From: Dubosiella newyorkensis
GTDB lineage: Bacteria; Bacillota_I; Bacilli_A; Erysipelotrichales; Erysipelotrichaceae
DNA: 5,352 bases
Assembly (NCBI RefSeq): GCF_001945605.1
Contig: NZ_MPKA01000038.1
Location: 1 to 5,352 of the forward strand
Direction of reading: 5' to 3'
The notes under the pieces are model-generated. The model had not been told where the DNA came from. It made no database searches and saw nothing but the letters and a program-made list of their open reading frames with translations. The position numbers were made by a program, and so were the translations under genes. Shown here piece by piece: positions 5,302 to 5,352 of the stretch; the first letter of the stretch is position 1; the number at the start of each line of letters is the position of its first letter.

Positions 5302-5352
5302 ATTTGCCCCTTCGTTAAAAAATAATTATTGAGAGGCAGCGAATAATATTTG

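Overview
This window looks like an ordinary chromosomal housekeeping segment from a low-to-moderate-GC, Bacillota-like (Firmicutes-like) genome. I base that guess on sigma-A type promoters, strong GGAGG-type ribosome-binding sites and a T-box leader. I cannot name the organism, and I saw no mobile element, CRISPR array, tRNA/rRNA gene or recognisable defence or toxin system.

Layout, left to right:
1. 1-220: the upstream control region of a transcription unit that runs leftwards out of the window. It has two tandem near-consensus promoters with phased A/T tracts and a boxA-like element, which points to an rRNA operon.
2. 257-709 (+): a small GAF-domain protein of the free-Met-R-sulfoxide-reductase (YtsP/YebR/MsrC-like) family.
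3. 625-1413 (-): an AAC(3)/YokD-like N-acetyltransferase. Its 3' end overlaps the GAF gene by 85 nt.
4. 1427-1463: an intrinsic terminator.
5. 1469-3874 (-) and 3887-4921 (-): pheT and pheS.
6. About 4939-5150 (-): a Phe (UUC) T-box leader, with its promoter at 5157-5185.
7. 5258-5301: a bidirectional terminator-like hairpin.

Points worth a second look:
- GATC is about 4-fold and CGATCG about 8-fold over-represented across the window.
- The convergent gene overlap is dual-coding, with third codon positions opposite each other.
- Both non-phe genes show leaderless-mRNA geometry.
- A 19-codon ORF links the pheT stop (TGATG) to the acetyltransferase start (ATGA) across the terminator.
- By hand folding, the T-box expression platform does not show the classical separate terminator 3' strand.

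All family assignments rest on motifs recalled from memory and read off the translations. No database search was possible.
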